DNA of 64,000 nt from Octopus vulgaris (lineage: Eukaryota). The notes below the pieces were generated by a model, which was not told the DNA's origin, made no database searches, and was given only the letters and a program-made list of their open reading frames with translations. The DNA lies in NCBI GenBank assembly GCA_951406725.2, contig OX597814.1:179862001-179926000 (forward strand). The letters run 5' to 3'. The stretch's first letter is position 1, and the number at the start of each line of letters is the position of its first letter. Both the position numbers and the translations under genes were made by a program. Positions 1 to 12,784 of the stretch are shown piece after piece.

Positions 1-164
1 AGGAGAGTAACTGTCTTTGCAGACTCATATTGTCGTTGAATGCTCAAAATCAGAAGTAGATGGACAGATGACAACTCATGAAGTATCATTTCTCTCTGTT
101 TACTTGTCTTGTTCTTACATATTTCATGTTGTTTGAACAGTTGGTGATGGCGTCCTGTACCCAC

Positions 165-206
<42 letters not shown>

Positions 207-257
207 CTTATTAATATACAGACATATATATATATTAATTATTATTTTACATATATG

Positions 258-361
<104 letters not shown>

Positions 362-599
362 TGCGAATATATTTCGGAGAGTATAAATGTATGTAGGTAG
401 GTAGATAGTCAGGCAGACAAGCAAGCTGGCAGGTTTTAAATTATCAAATTTACATCTCAGAATTATTGTCTTTTTCATTTAATTAAATTTCACATGGTAC
501 CGCATTGAAAACTTAAATTGCCGACGCAAAATTGTGTCATCTTGAGTACAACGTGTTTCACCAATATAACACGATATATACTACTATATTACATACAAA

Positions 600-3430
600 G
601 ACTACTTTTCTTTTTACATTTGGTATCTGAGAAATCTTTAATGCTTTCCTCGAATTGTATCGATTTTAGAACACCACCCCAAATGCAAAGAGTACTTGCA
701 TGGGTAATGGTGGTTCTCAGCCAATGTTTATATCATTCCCAATTTTTTGAATGGCCTCTCTCCTGGACAGCTAGAGACCTTCAAACTCAAATATATTCCA
801 AGTGCTGCATCAACAGTGGAAAATATTTTAGTAACCTTTTCATTGCGGATTAAAACGGGCTAGTTTAGATAGGGTGAAACAGGACTTACGCTTACAAAAG
901 GCAGCAAACTGTACAATTTATTCTTTGAACACATTACCTAAATGAAAGGGGAAAGCGGTGATAAGTTTTACAGCTTCAGATCAGGAAGATCACTATAATT
1001 TTGAACTTGCCATGCACAAATTGATAGGCTTCCCTCTGTTTGTGAAACCTGACAAATAACCGATTTAAAATGATATTGAAAACCCCGCAATTGAATTTTT
1101 CTCTTGCCGAAAGAACAACTTTCTCGTAGGTTTATGCTAGATTTGTATCCTGTTTACTTCTCTTCCTAGGTATATCTGTCATTGATTTATAGTTTGTTTC
1201 CGCACATGTTCTTTGAATCCAGTTCCTACTCTTAAAACTTATGCCTATATGATTTCAGAAAGTTTTCCAGAGAATCAATTATATCCACCGCTTTATTCAG
1301 ATCAGCTTCCACCCCATGAAAAGTTTTATTTGTACTGTTAAAGCGTACAAAAATTAAATTCCAGATCTTAACCACCAGAGCACTTTCAAGACAAGTCATT
1401 TTGTCTGCCAATATCTTATCTTCATATATTACTCCATGTATTTGTTCTAAATCATCTGCAACATCTCTGAGTGATTTTGAATGAATTATATCCATCAACA
1501 TGGTGTCAAAACAGAAAGTAAAATGCGTACGAAGACAAAATAGCTAACAGCTTCAAAACAACGAGGAGCAGCAGCTTCTCCAACAAGATTCAACAAATGA
1601 GCAACACAATGAAAACCGTAGCCAAATTTATTTCCTCATAGTCTGGCTCCCATTCTTCAGAAGCGACAGGATATATAACTGGCCTGGTCATTGGACTGCT
1701 TCTGTAATCGTCAAACTTTCTATCGTATTTTTTAAAGAAATTCTAACACAAATATAGCTAATACTTCCGCTTTGTGGGAACCAATCTTCAGGAAACTTAA
1801 AAGTCTTTTTTGTTAGCTTCCGGGAAACAGCTTAATGCGCAAAAGCTTTAAATGACAAATACTTGACAGCTTTAATTTCTACTTCAATATGATTAACATA
1901 TTTTGCCAACAACAAAACAATTTCTTCGTAGATGGTAATGATACGTACGACAGTATAATCCATTCTGAGATTGCGAAATGCTTTCAATTGACTCATTAAA
2001 ATGGATCAAATTGTACCACAATTACCATAATTGATCTCTTCACTACCCCTAAAAGCCAGGCGTCTCTCGACAAGATTTATTGTCATGGGCACAACACAAT
2101 GCAGTATTTCAGTCCAATATTTCTTGTTTTCCTGTACCTGTTTTTCTTACTCCCTATTATCATGAGAAAATTCCCTACACAAAGTATTGAACTATAATAG
2201 AGTTTCTGAGATGTTGGCTTTGTTCTTGTGCTTTCATTTTCTCTTCCGTATTTTTCCCGAATATTAAAGCTATGCTTATTGGAAAAACTGATTTGGCGGC
2301 TTGACATTGAAACACATTAAAAGAAATAAACTGCAGTTATTCATGGGCTGTACAGGAGCCCCTTTCTCATACGCTGTTTACTATTGTCACCAATAGTATA
2401 AATCATTGAATCTTTAAAATAATGAGTGCCTTCACCGCTTCGCTTTTCCTATGATGGTGCCAAGCTTCTGGGTAGGAGAATAGATGACAACTGCTTTTGA
2501 TTGAAAAGCATGAGCACATAAATTTCTCTACCAGAAAGCAACATGGCTTGGTCTAGATCTCATGCTGGAACTTCACTAACCATATCAGTAAGATGCAGTG
2601 GTACTTCATCCTCAATATATTGAGTTGATATATTCCTCATATTTTTTGCAGATGTTTTTGAGAATCCAACTAGTTTCTCAAAAGACACATCAGTTACTGA
2701 TTCTTCATTAACTTTTAAGTTTTCCTTTTTCGAAACAAAAAAATCCTTCAAGGCATTGTCTATTTGCCAATACAATAGCATCTTTTCACTTCTTTCTTTG
2801 GAAACTTTCCTGGAGACAGCCAAATGTTCCTGGATAATTCGCCTGAGAATATAATCTGAATAAAAGCGAAAAGAAAACAATATTTAAGATATAATAAGTA
2901 AATAGAAACTGATAACAGCCATGTAAACTCACTTCGTTGAATCCAACCAGTAGCATAATTAAGCCGAGTTTACACATTCCTCGATTACTCTTACGTCTGT
3001 GACAGATAAGGAGGCCTGAAGCCAAAATAATTCAAATGTTAAGAGAAAAGAGTTCAAATGATTAAAAGCAAATCGAAGATTACGCATTAAGGATTTCATT
3101 TCCATTAAATTACTTTTCTTCAAAATTGTTTCATTTTTATGGGGCCTTGGAAGAGAAGAACTACCATAGACACTTCAGCAAAGTGATAGGTTTGAGAAGG
3201 TATAGTGTACTTCACGGATCCCTTTTAAATTCAATTATGTAACGATATTTGAGTGTACAAATCTACTTCTGTGGAGATCTTCTGGATCTTCTGGAATATT
3301 TTGGATTGCAATAAAGATGTACTGGTGTTGGTGATGTTCTTGAGCTTATTTTTTATGTTTTGATATTTTTTCCTTTTTTTTTTTCAATCAACTATTTATG
3401 CCCAGGAACTCATCGTAGTGGACATCCGCT
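600..3430 (-). pseudogene. Decayed hAT (ZMYM1/TTF-type) transposase fossil
   Basis: Minus-strand translations give LVERRLAFRGSE (~2040-2075), FHCVAHLLNLVG (CxxH motif, ~1580-1620), ORF 1232-1501 (VKIWNLIFVRFNSTNKTF) and a hAT C-terminal dimerisation-like segment AALGIYLSLKVSSCPGERPFKKL (~740-810). Many stops and frameshifts; ends approximate. Confidence 0.75.
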
Positions 3431-3804
3431 GAAATAACAACCAATGTTCACCAGAGCTGAAAATTGATAGCTATTGACAAATTGAAAAATAAAGTTGAAG
3501 AATAGCGCCGGTTGTAGTGATAAATACTAATGCACTAACATTCGTGAATTTCTTTAGCGAAAATAAATACGAAAATAACAATAACAACAAATCGGTAGGC
3601 CAATATCTCGAATGAGCTTTAACATAAAAGGGTTTGGAGAAATATTTTTCTACTTCGTCAATATTACTATACCAGTCAAAGCGACGAAAATATTTTGACA
3701 AATTAAATTTAAATGTTGAAGTGAATCTAACGGTTTTTTTTTTGTTTCTTAAATTGCTTATAAACACCTTCCACGCTGCTACTGTTTATATATATATATA
3801 TATA

Positions 3805-4950
3805 CTAGCTGAAGGTGACCCGCACTACGAGCGGGTAAGAGTGTGGTTGTTACTTTCTGTTGCTTCCTTTCAGCACGTAAAAAGCACCATCCGAACATGG
3901 CCGATTGCAGCGCCGCCTTGACTGGCTTCTGTGCCGGTGGCACGTAAAAAGCACCAACCGATCATTGACGCTGCGAGCCCCCCTGGCACCTGTGCCGGCG
4001 GCACGAAAAAAGCACCCACTATACCCACAGAGTGGTTGGCGTTAGGTAGGTCATCCACCTGTAGAAACACTGCCAGATCAGACTGGAGCCTGGTGCAGCC
4101 TCCTGGCCTCCCAGACCCCGGTCAAACTATCCAACCCGTGCTAGCACGGAAAACGGACGTTACACGATGATGATGATGATTATTATTCTCCCTCTTTGTT
4201 TCTCTCTCTTTTCTCTCTCACTTTCCTACTCTCTTACTTTGCTTTTCTCTCGGACTCTCCCTCGCTTTCTCTTACTCTCTATGTTTATCTATCTCTCTCC
4301 CATTCATAAACAACAAAAGATCTTGAGTAAGTTGAGAAATAAAATATTTAGAAAGATCAATCATAAATATCAGGCAGTGGCAATGGAAAGGTCTGCTTCA
4401 AGGCAGACAGCAAAACGCTAACATTTAAAAGGGACAGACGAACTTGCGAGCTGAATAAAAATAATAATATATTGGAAACCAGAGTTTGAAGGGATAGAAT
4501 CTGAGGATAATAGAGTCACCATGGCTGGCATTTCTTAACGACGGACAGCAACGTATTGACAGTTTAACGGCTGGCGTAAAATTTTGAACTTGATGTAAAA
4601 GAAAAATCGTAAACACCAAGTTTTGAAGTGATTCTTTCTCACGACAGTAGACTCACCATGGCAAGCATTCAAAACTTCATCATGGACGGCAACACATTGA
4701 CGATTAAAAGGCTGGCACAATTTTTTTAGCTTGATGTAACAGAGAATTGCTAAACACCCGATCCTTTAAATTTTAATCCCCTTCCAACCCCATTTATACC
4801 CCTTTTCACATTTTGGTTAATATAAGTCGATTTCATTCGGGTCTACTGGGGCCACATTTTATAAGATGAGGAATTTTGTCCTAGAGGTCACGCCTTTCAT
4901 TTGAGGAAAAAAATAGTTGCCATGCAAACTTGCCAGCACTTTTAATATAG
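3805..4950 (-). mobile_element. Non-autonomous Helitron (reverse orientation) interrupted by a SINE
   Basis: 3' CTAG at 3805-3808 with subterminal hairpin acccgc-actacga-gcgggt (3818-3836); 5'-like end ctatattaaaagtg on the minus strand near 4950; degenerate ~137-bp internal tandem duplication (4511-4617 vs 4648-4758). Confidence 0.55.
3871..4185 (+). mobile_element. SINE 3' portion (ggcacgtaaaaagcacc repeats, (GAT)n tail)
   Basis: Three internal gcacgtaaaaagcacc-like repeats, gtggttggcgttagg..catcca.ctgtagaaac body, ggacgttacacg(atg)n tail. Confidence 0.7.
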
Positions 4951-5052
4951 GTGTGCATATTTTCAGCTGAACCGACCGACCACATAATGCACACATTATA
5001 TATATATATGTATATATGTGTGCGTGTGTGTGTGTGCACGCATTATATATAC

Positions 5053-5087
<35 letters not shown>

Positions 5088-5757
5088 AAATTAAATTAGA
5101 GATAAAACCACTAATAGGCAAATCAAACAGTGAAAAACCAAAAACAAAGACATAAAAATAAAAATATAATATAGAAAATATATAAAATATAAAATTGAAA
5201 AATTTAAATTATTCAAATTTAAAATAAAAATTATTAAATTATATTTATAATTTGTTTAAAAATATATATAACTATCAAAAAGTATTAAAAAGTTTAATAT
5301 ACATAAATACAGATATATACACTTTGTATATATACATTATATATACATATTTATATATAGAACACACACACACACATATATAAAAATGAACGCAAGAAAT
5401 ATCTGATTCATAATATTTGTTCTCAGGATTGTGTGTTGTTTGTGGCGATGATAATTCTCTCTATGAATGCAGACAGCGAGACAAAGAACGCCGTTTGACG
5501 AACTTATAAAGGGAAACTGAAGGGGAGTTAGAGGGGAATGGAGGAAATAGCATGAGTGAGGAAGACAGATACGTAAAAGAATGGGAATGGACTTGTCAAA
5601 GTGGGTTTTTGGCCCTAGCAACGACACCTTTTAAAATAGGGATTTCTAACGTAGCCCACGGGCATCGTCACCTCATTTTACATATCCCTGTAAATTTTGG
5701 AGTCAATCCAACGGGATGTAGTGGCCTTGAAAGCGACCCAAGCGGTCCAAATGCATT

Positions 5758-5820
<63 letters not shown>

Positions 5821-5902
5821 ATAATAAATATTAGGGAATAAATCCAAATTTACAGGGAAAAAAATCAGATTTAGGATTAAATCCAATTTTATAGTAAAAT
5901 AT

Positions 5903-6156
<254 letters not shown>

Positions 6157-6273
6157 TAGTAAAAAGTGAAAAAACTACAGAAGGCTTGTTTTAAAGGGTT
6201 AAAAAATATATATTTGAGTCAATATGTCTGAAGAATATTATAAATTTTTTTCTTACAATGACATAGTTTAGAA

Positions 6274-6309
6274 GAAATGACCGGTTTCGCGTTCAGCTTT
6301 TCAAATTCC
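6274..6309 (-). ncRNA. Minimal type I hammerhead ribozyme, U3-A8 variant
   Basis: Minus strand ggaat-TTGAAAA-gc tgaac gc-GAAA-ccgg-TC-atttc: stem I ggaat/atttc, palindromic stem III accggt, GUC cleavage triplet. Confidence 0.65.
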
Positions 6310-6420
6310 TTACATCGTTATGTTTATGTTGAATAGAGTTATCGTTATGTTTATGTTGAAAAGAGTTCTAGATAAGGGGAGGTAATAAGTGATTTCTTCC
6401 GGTGTAAGGGAGATAATCGC

Positions 6421-6900
6421 TTAAAATTTTTTGCCTTTCCTTTGGGGTGAATTTCTCTGTATAAGTATGTTGGAACGGTTAAGTCTGGGCTTGTACTTTT
6501 CAATGAAGAATGTTTCCTTGTTTAGTCTAATTTGTGTTGGTGTTCCGATAGCACATTGGTAAAATGGAAAGATAAAAAATTGTGGTAGTAGTTGCTTTGC
6601 GCATTTCTCAATGTGCTCACTAAAAGGTATCATTCTGTATTCTGGGAATGCAATCTGTTGTCGATGCAGTGTGCATCTACGTCTGAGTGATAATCCCGTG
6701 GATCCCACGTAGTCTTGGTGGCAGCCCGAGCATTTTATGACATAAATTATGTTTTCAGAGGCACAAGTAAAGTTAGATTTGATCTTGAATTTCTGTCCCT
6801 CTTTGAAGAGGAATTCTGATCCTTCTAGCAGGTTTGGACATGTTGCACAGTTCGGTCTACCACATTTTTTTACTTTTGCATCCGTAATTTCAGAAAACAA
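6421..6900 (-). CDS. GIY-YIG endonuclease domain of Penelope-like retroelement (C-terminal fragment)
   Basis: KKCGRPNCATCPNL Zn-knuckle linker, FTCASENIIYVIKCSGCHQDYVGSTG (GIY-YIG bipartite motif), RRRCTLH, RLNKETFFIEKYKPRLN. Confidence 0.85.
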   Translation of the reverse strand: MFSEITDAKVKKCGRPNCATCPNLLEGSEFLFKEGQKFKIKSNFTCASENIIYVIKCSGCHQDYVGSTGLSLRRRCTLHRQQIAFPEYRMIPFSEHIEKCAKQLLPQFFIFPFYQCAIGTPTQIRLNKETFFIEKYKPRLNRSNILIQRNSPQRKGKKF

Positions 6901-7059
6901 TTTTGCCTTTGTGAGAACTTTTTAAGTGATTTAGGTTGTTTGTAGCTTTTAATGATTTGGTGTATGTTTAGAATTTCCTTTAATTTGGGATCCACGGGAC
7001 TATCACTCAGACGTAGATGCACACTGCATCGACAACAGATTGCATTCCCATATAAATAA

Positions 7060-7143
7060 ATAAAACTCTTCCTGTTCAAAGTCCTCTCTAATGCTTGGCA
7101 TGACAGACTGTTGCAGCAAGTGTATACATTTTTTTGGGACACC

Positions 7144-7149
<6 letters not shown>
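7060..7149 (-). mobile_element. Tc1/mariner-type terminal fragment
   Basis: Reverse complement begins TA-cagggtgtcccaaaaaatgtatacac, a typical Tc1/mariner TIR start, at a (TA)n tract. Confidence 0.5.
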
Positions 7150-7231
<82 letters not shown>

Positions 7232-7233
<2 letters not shown>

Positions 7234-7534
7234 AGGCGCAATGGCCCAGTGGTTAGGGCAGCGGACTCGCGGTCGTAGGATCGCGGTTTCGATTCCCAGA
7301 CCGGGCGTTGTGAGTGTTTATTGAGCGAAAACACCTAAAAAGCTCCACGAGGCTCCGGTAGGGGGTGGTGATCCCTGCTGTACTCTTTCACCACACTTTC
7401 TCTCACTCTTTCTTCTGTTGGCCTGCTCGCTTAGCCAGCGGGGTAGCGTCATTCGAAGGCTAAAACAATGCGAACGCATTGTGACCAGCGACGTGTAACA
7501 ACATCTGATGGTCTGGTCGGTCACGTGATCACGT

Positions 7535-7536
<2 letters not shown>
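7232..7536 (+). mobile_element. tRNA-derived SINE, family B (Arg-tRNA-like head; octopus OR-like)
   Basis: A box tggcccagtgg, B box ggtttcgattcc; head near-identical to 57592 copy. Confidence 0.8.
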
Positions 7537-7588
<52 letters not shown>

Positions 7589-7854
7589 GCTTTGCTATCC
7601 AGAGGACCCAAAAAGCAGGTAAGGCTATGTAAGTGCTACGGAAGAACTACTGTTAGACTCCCGGTTCGATAATTGTATGAGTGAGAAGTCTAACGCGGTT
7701 TGTGTGTGACCGTATATATGTTGTACAATAAAATGAGACAACAAAGCCAAGACAGTGTGAAATTTCTAGGACATTTATAAAGAGAGAGGTAGTCTCGTTC
7801 TAGAAATTTCACACTACCTTGGTTTTTTGGTCTTATTTTATTCAACACACACAC

Positions 7855-7894
<40 letters not shown>

Positions 7895-8609
7895 ATGCAG
7901 TTAATTGAAAGATACCTCATCTTTTATGTCGTGTTGTAGAACTGAATATAGAGCAATGGCGATGAGGCTTTCTTGAAACGCAATCAGAAAATACTTTTAT
8001 TTATATACTTTAGACGTGAACTCATCTAACACGGTAATGTGAATTGACAAAGATCTGGCTACTGTTGATGGCAGGTCGGAAATGTCTTTGGTGACATGTT
8101 TGTTAACTTCCGATAGCAACAAAAATAAATGCGACAAACTATTAGAAGCTTTCAACATCAAAGTGGCAGTCACGTCCGTCATACATAAATTAAAACTCTT
8201 TTCCACACAAACAGATATACACATTTGCAAAGCACTGTTTTTCGCAAACTTCCACTATATATATATATGTGTTGGTATGATTGTGCGTACGTCTCATTTG
8301 CCTGTGTATGTGTGTGTGACTGTCTGTGTAACTGTGTTTGTTTATTTCGATCACATACTTTCATAAATATACCTGTGTGGGTGTGTGCATATGAGTGTTT
8401 GATGTGTGTATATGTGTGAGTGTATGAAGACAGAGACAGACAGAGAGAATTATATACGCATACTGACACACACATACACACATATGTATGTATTTTCTGT
8501 ATCATATTATTGTTTCAGAGTGATCTCTTTCTGCTCGTGTAAATTTCAAATGATATTTCATCAATTAACATGATGAGGGCGAGGTAATTTACATAAATAC
8601 ATACATGCT

Positions 8610-9610
8610 CCTGCCCACGCTGTCGCACTTGCCCTTACCTCTCCAACACCACCCTCCTCACCGGCACCCATCATCGACTCTATCACATCACCGACTCCTT
8701 CACCTGCACTTCTAACAAAGTCATCTACTGCATCTCCTGCTCTCTCTGCCCTTCTCTATACATCGGGCAAACAGAACGCCACTTGGCTGCCCGGCTCGCG
8801 GAACACCTCCGAGAATCCGACTCGGCAATGACACCCTGGTCTCGCGCGATTTCCGCTCTACCGGTCACTCTTTGCAACACCTGTCCTGTTCGGATTATCC
8901 TAGCATTGGGGCCATCCGGACTCTTGTTTGTGCCGTGAACAGGGATTAACCTTCTCTCATCGCTCCTTTGCGCCACGTGAGCTCAACTCTCATCTTCTCT
9001 TAATCTAACCTCCCCCCTCATACGCACTTCCTCCCACGCACCTTCCCTTTCTTGCTCCGACTCCCACATACTCTCTTCACTCCTACCTACCTTCTCCTTC
9101 TCCCCTTCTTTCGTCACCCCTCCCTGGTAAGCCCACTCCACCCCTACACATTCCATCCCTACCCTTCCCCATCCCACCCCACCCCATATCTTACACCTAC
9201 TCCCGCATACGCCTCCTTTACCCCACCGTCAGCTTAACACACACCCTAACCTTGCTTTCCCTACTCTCGCCTCCCCACCTCCCAACACCCTCAAAGTACA
9301 CCACACACCACTACACCTTACACTACCATAGCACTCAGCACATCACATTACAACACACCACCACGCACACATCTGCACTGACCACTTCCTAAACCCACAT
9401 TTTACATACGCACGCGCACCTTTGTTTGGGGATAACCACTACTTTATTATCTCCCCTTCTCCCTAGCTCTCCTGTGTAACCCTTCTCTTCGGCATTCGCC
9501 ATGATAGATCTTTAGCTACTACACATTCACTATTTTCTCTCCTTGTATCTTTCTGTGTTCCTTTCTGTGGAAGAGCGTAGGCTCGAAACGTTAAAGATCT
9601 TTTCACTACA
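8610..9610 (+). mobile_element. Penelope-like element 3' fragment (decayed GIY-YIG, pyrimidine-rich 3' UTR, hammerhead)
   Basis: From ~8699 the + strand translates FTCTSNKVIYCISCSLCPSLYIGQTERHLAARLAEHLR; HHR-like motif 9561-9596; ends at (TA)n; 3' part homologous to 61097-61290. Confidence 0.8.
9561..9596 (+). ncRNA. Minimal type I hammerhead motif, CUGUGGA variant core
   Basis: cttt-CTGTGGA-a-gagc gtag gctc-GAAA-cg-TT-aaag; stems I and II intact, palindromic stem III acgt. Confidence 0.55.
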
Positions 9611-9611
9611 C

Positions 9612-9763
<152 letters not shown>

Positions 9764-10392
9764 CTTTATGTATACATACATATATATATATATATACATA
9801 CGTACGTACATTCATTCATACATACATACATAAATACACCTATCCATGCTCATATGTGTAGAATATTCGTGTGTGAGTAAAAAGAATATCTTTTCTTTTC
9901 AACTCGTTTTGGAAACGCAACTACTTTCTCTGATGTTGCACTTGTCTAGCCAAAATAACAGTTGGAATTTACTAGTAGGCTAACTATGCGCCTATAACAA
10001 AGAGAACTAGCAACACACTACATCACACAATATCAAATAAAGCTGGTTAATCAAACATTAACGGAAAATTCTTCTGCACTTTATCGTCTTTCTCACAGAA
10101 ATGGAACTCTAGCTATGGGAACAACATTGATATCGCAGCCTTTGCTTACAATTGACATACACATACACACGATAAAATTGCAAACTGAATGGTAGAGAAA
10201 TCTAACATCGCACTTTTAAGTTATAGTAGAGGGCGTCTACTATAAATATGGTTGCACAAAAGTCAATAAACGTTATCATCCTGAAGATGTAGCTTAGATA
10301 TCCAGGAAAATTTAATTATAAAATTTACATAAAGAAGATATTTCAGAAGTTTTATTGTTGCAAATGATCTCAGGTATCTCTTAAATAGTTAC

Positions 10393-10720
10393 GGTGAAGG
10401 TGCGTGGCTTAATGGTTAGTGTACTCGGTTCACGATCGTAAGGTCGTAAGTTCGGTTCCCAGCTGCGCTTTGTATCTTTGAGCAAGACTATTTACTTCAC
10501 GATGCTCCAGTCCATCCAGCTCGCAAAAAGGATTTGTACCAGAAATTTCAGGCAGTCAACGTTATCACATTTTTTGTCACGTTGAATCTCTCTGAGAACG
10601 ATGTTGAATATATGCGTGCCTTTGGAGTGCTTAGTCACTTGCATGTTAATTTCAGGAGGAGGCTGTCTCATTGATCGGATCAGCTGGAACATGTCGCCAT
10701 TGTAACCGACAGAGTACTAG
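10393..10720 (+). mobile_element. tRNA-derived SINE (family B/C, old copy)
   Basis: tggcttaatgg A box, agttcggttcc B box, ttgagcaagac..ttcacg.tgctccagtc body shared with 47931. Confidence 0.65.
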
Positions 10721-10831
10721 TTATTTTTATATAGATATGAGAAAACTTTAACAAAATGGTTCAACATAATATAATATATACATACATGCATACATTTATG
10801 TGTGTGTGTGAATGTCATGCGTATATATGTA

Positions 10832-11215
10832 TGACTGTGTGGTAAGTAGCTTGCTTACCGACCACATGGTTCCGGGTTCAGACCCTTGGGCAAGTGTCTT
10901 CTACTATAGCCTCGGGCCGACCAAAGCCTTGTGAGTGGATTTGGTAGACGGAAACTGAAAGAAGCTTGTTGTATATATATATACGTGTGTATATATGTTT
11001 GTGTGTCTGTATTTGTCCCCCAAATATCGATTGACAACCGATGCTGGTGTGTTTATGTCCCCGTAACTTAGCGGTTCGGCTAAAGAGACCGATAGAATAA
11101 GTATTAGACTTACAAAGAATAAGTCCTGGGACCAATTTGCGCGACTAAAGGCGGTGCTCCAGCATGGCCAGTCAAATGACTGAGACAAGTAAAAGAGTAA
11201 AAAGAGTAAAGAGTA
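10832..11215 (+). mobile_element. tRNA-derived SINE, family A (octopus OK-like)
   Basis: gtggtaagtagcttgcttacc..ggttcag head, ccaaagccttgtgagtggatttggtagacggaaactgaaagaagc body, internal microsatellite, (gtaaaaga)n tail. Confidence 0.85.
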
Positions 11216-11501
11216 TACATTTATCCTTACAGACATATGTGGGCGAGTGTATATAAACGCGAGTGCCTGCGTGAATATGTTCAAGTGTGTTTCATGTAGA
11301 TAGAAATTACATTCTTCATGTTACAAATCGTTTATATACAAAACTTCAAACAGACCTCCAACTATTCTAGTTGTGTGACTTCACTCGTTCATGACAAAGT
11401 ATTATATCATGAAAACTGAAGCAATAACCATCTTATGAATTCAGTTTCTTTTAAGTTGACACACGCGCGCGTATATATGTTTGTATGCATGTATGTATGT
11501 A

Positions 11502-12784
11502 TCAGGTCATCACATAAGTTCTGTCCGATTTTACCTTTTTTAAAATTGAATGAAATCTAATAGTCTTTTAGAATGTCTAATGGAATTTAAAATTATTTTT
11601 ATGCATTTGTGTACATTTAAACTAATTAAATATTATTTTACAGAATAACAGAATTAATATTTCTTTGATTAAAACCCTTTCTACCATGGACGTATCCAAA
11701 GAGCTTTTAAGGCACATAATGCTTTATGAGTACAAAATAGGAAACTCTGCAGCCGAAGCGACTCGAAACATACACTCAGTTTATGGGGAAAATGCTTGAA
11801 TGGAAGAACTTGCAGAAAATGGTTTGCAATATTCAGAAGTGGAGATTTCTGCCTTGAAGATGAAGATTGAACAGGACGTCCAGGTGAGTTTGATGATAAG
11901 CTCCTTGGGGCATTACTTGACGAAAATTTTGCATTATCAGTTGAAAAAATGGCAATAAAGCTTAGTTCAAACCATACAACGGTTCATCTCATCTTCAACA
12001 ACTTGGAAAGGTTCCTAAACTTGAAAATGGGTGCCTCATGAATTGTCCGAAAACAACCGCAAATCCCGAGTTGACATCTGCTCTTCTCTCCATTCTGGCG
12101 AACTCATTTCACCCTTTTAGGATAGACTTGTGACTGGTGACGAAAAGTAGATCTTCTATCGAAATGTTAAACGTTGTAAACAGTGGCTTGGTAAAAGGGA
12201 AAAAGCTCAACCACAATCGAGAAGGGAACTTCATGGAAAAAAGGTTCTTCTCTCTATCTGGTGGGATTGCAAAAGAGTAATTCACTTTGAATTGTTACCA
12301 CCTAATGCAACAATCAATGCTCAAGTCTACTGTTAGCAATTAGAGCGTTTGAATCAAGCTTTGAAGAAAAAAGACCCGCTTTAGTGAATCGAGAGGATTG
12401 ATGTTTCATCAGGACAATGCGTGACCCCACGCTGCAAAGATCACATCAGAGAAGATCGAAGAGCTTGGTTGGGAAACAATTTCTCATCTACCTTATTCTC
12501 CCGACCTTGCTCCTTCAGACTACCATTTGTTTCGTAGTTTACAGAATCATTTGGGGAACATAACATTCGCAAGCCAGGTAGAGGTCGAAACAGACATTTC
12601 TGAGTTCTTCGCTTTGAAACCAAAATAGTCTTACATTGATGGGATTAAAAAGCTTGTAAATAGATGGATGGAAGTAATAGATAATCAGGGAAAGTACATT
12701 AATGATTAAATTTCAATTAAATATAACAATTGATCACTTGTTTTCGTTATTCAAAATTCGGACAGAACTTATGGAATGACCTGA
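11502..12784 (+). mobile_element. Full-length decayed mariner (DD34D) DNA transposon, 1283 bp
   Basis: TIRs tcaggtcatcacataagttctgtccga / tcggacagaacttatggaatgacctga, flanked by TA on both sides. Confidence 0.92.
11686..12709 (+). pseudogene. Mariner transposase pseudogene
   Basis: ATG at 11686; motifs WVPHEL, VTGDEK*, HQDNA*PH, YSPDLAPSDY; multiple stops and frameshifts. Confidence 0.88.

Noticed and set aside
5722-5760. Hammerhead-like TTGAAAG-c-gacc caagc ggtc-CAAA-tgca-TT
   Set aside because: Two core changes and no stem I pairing; at most a dead relic.
7232-7310. tRNA genes at SINE heads
   Set aside because: A/B boxes continue into SINE bodies; no proper acceptor stem or terminator.
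10005-10230. Small reverse Helitron
   Set aside because: 5'-like end present but no convincing 3' hairpin.
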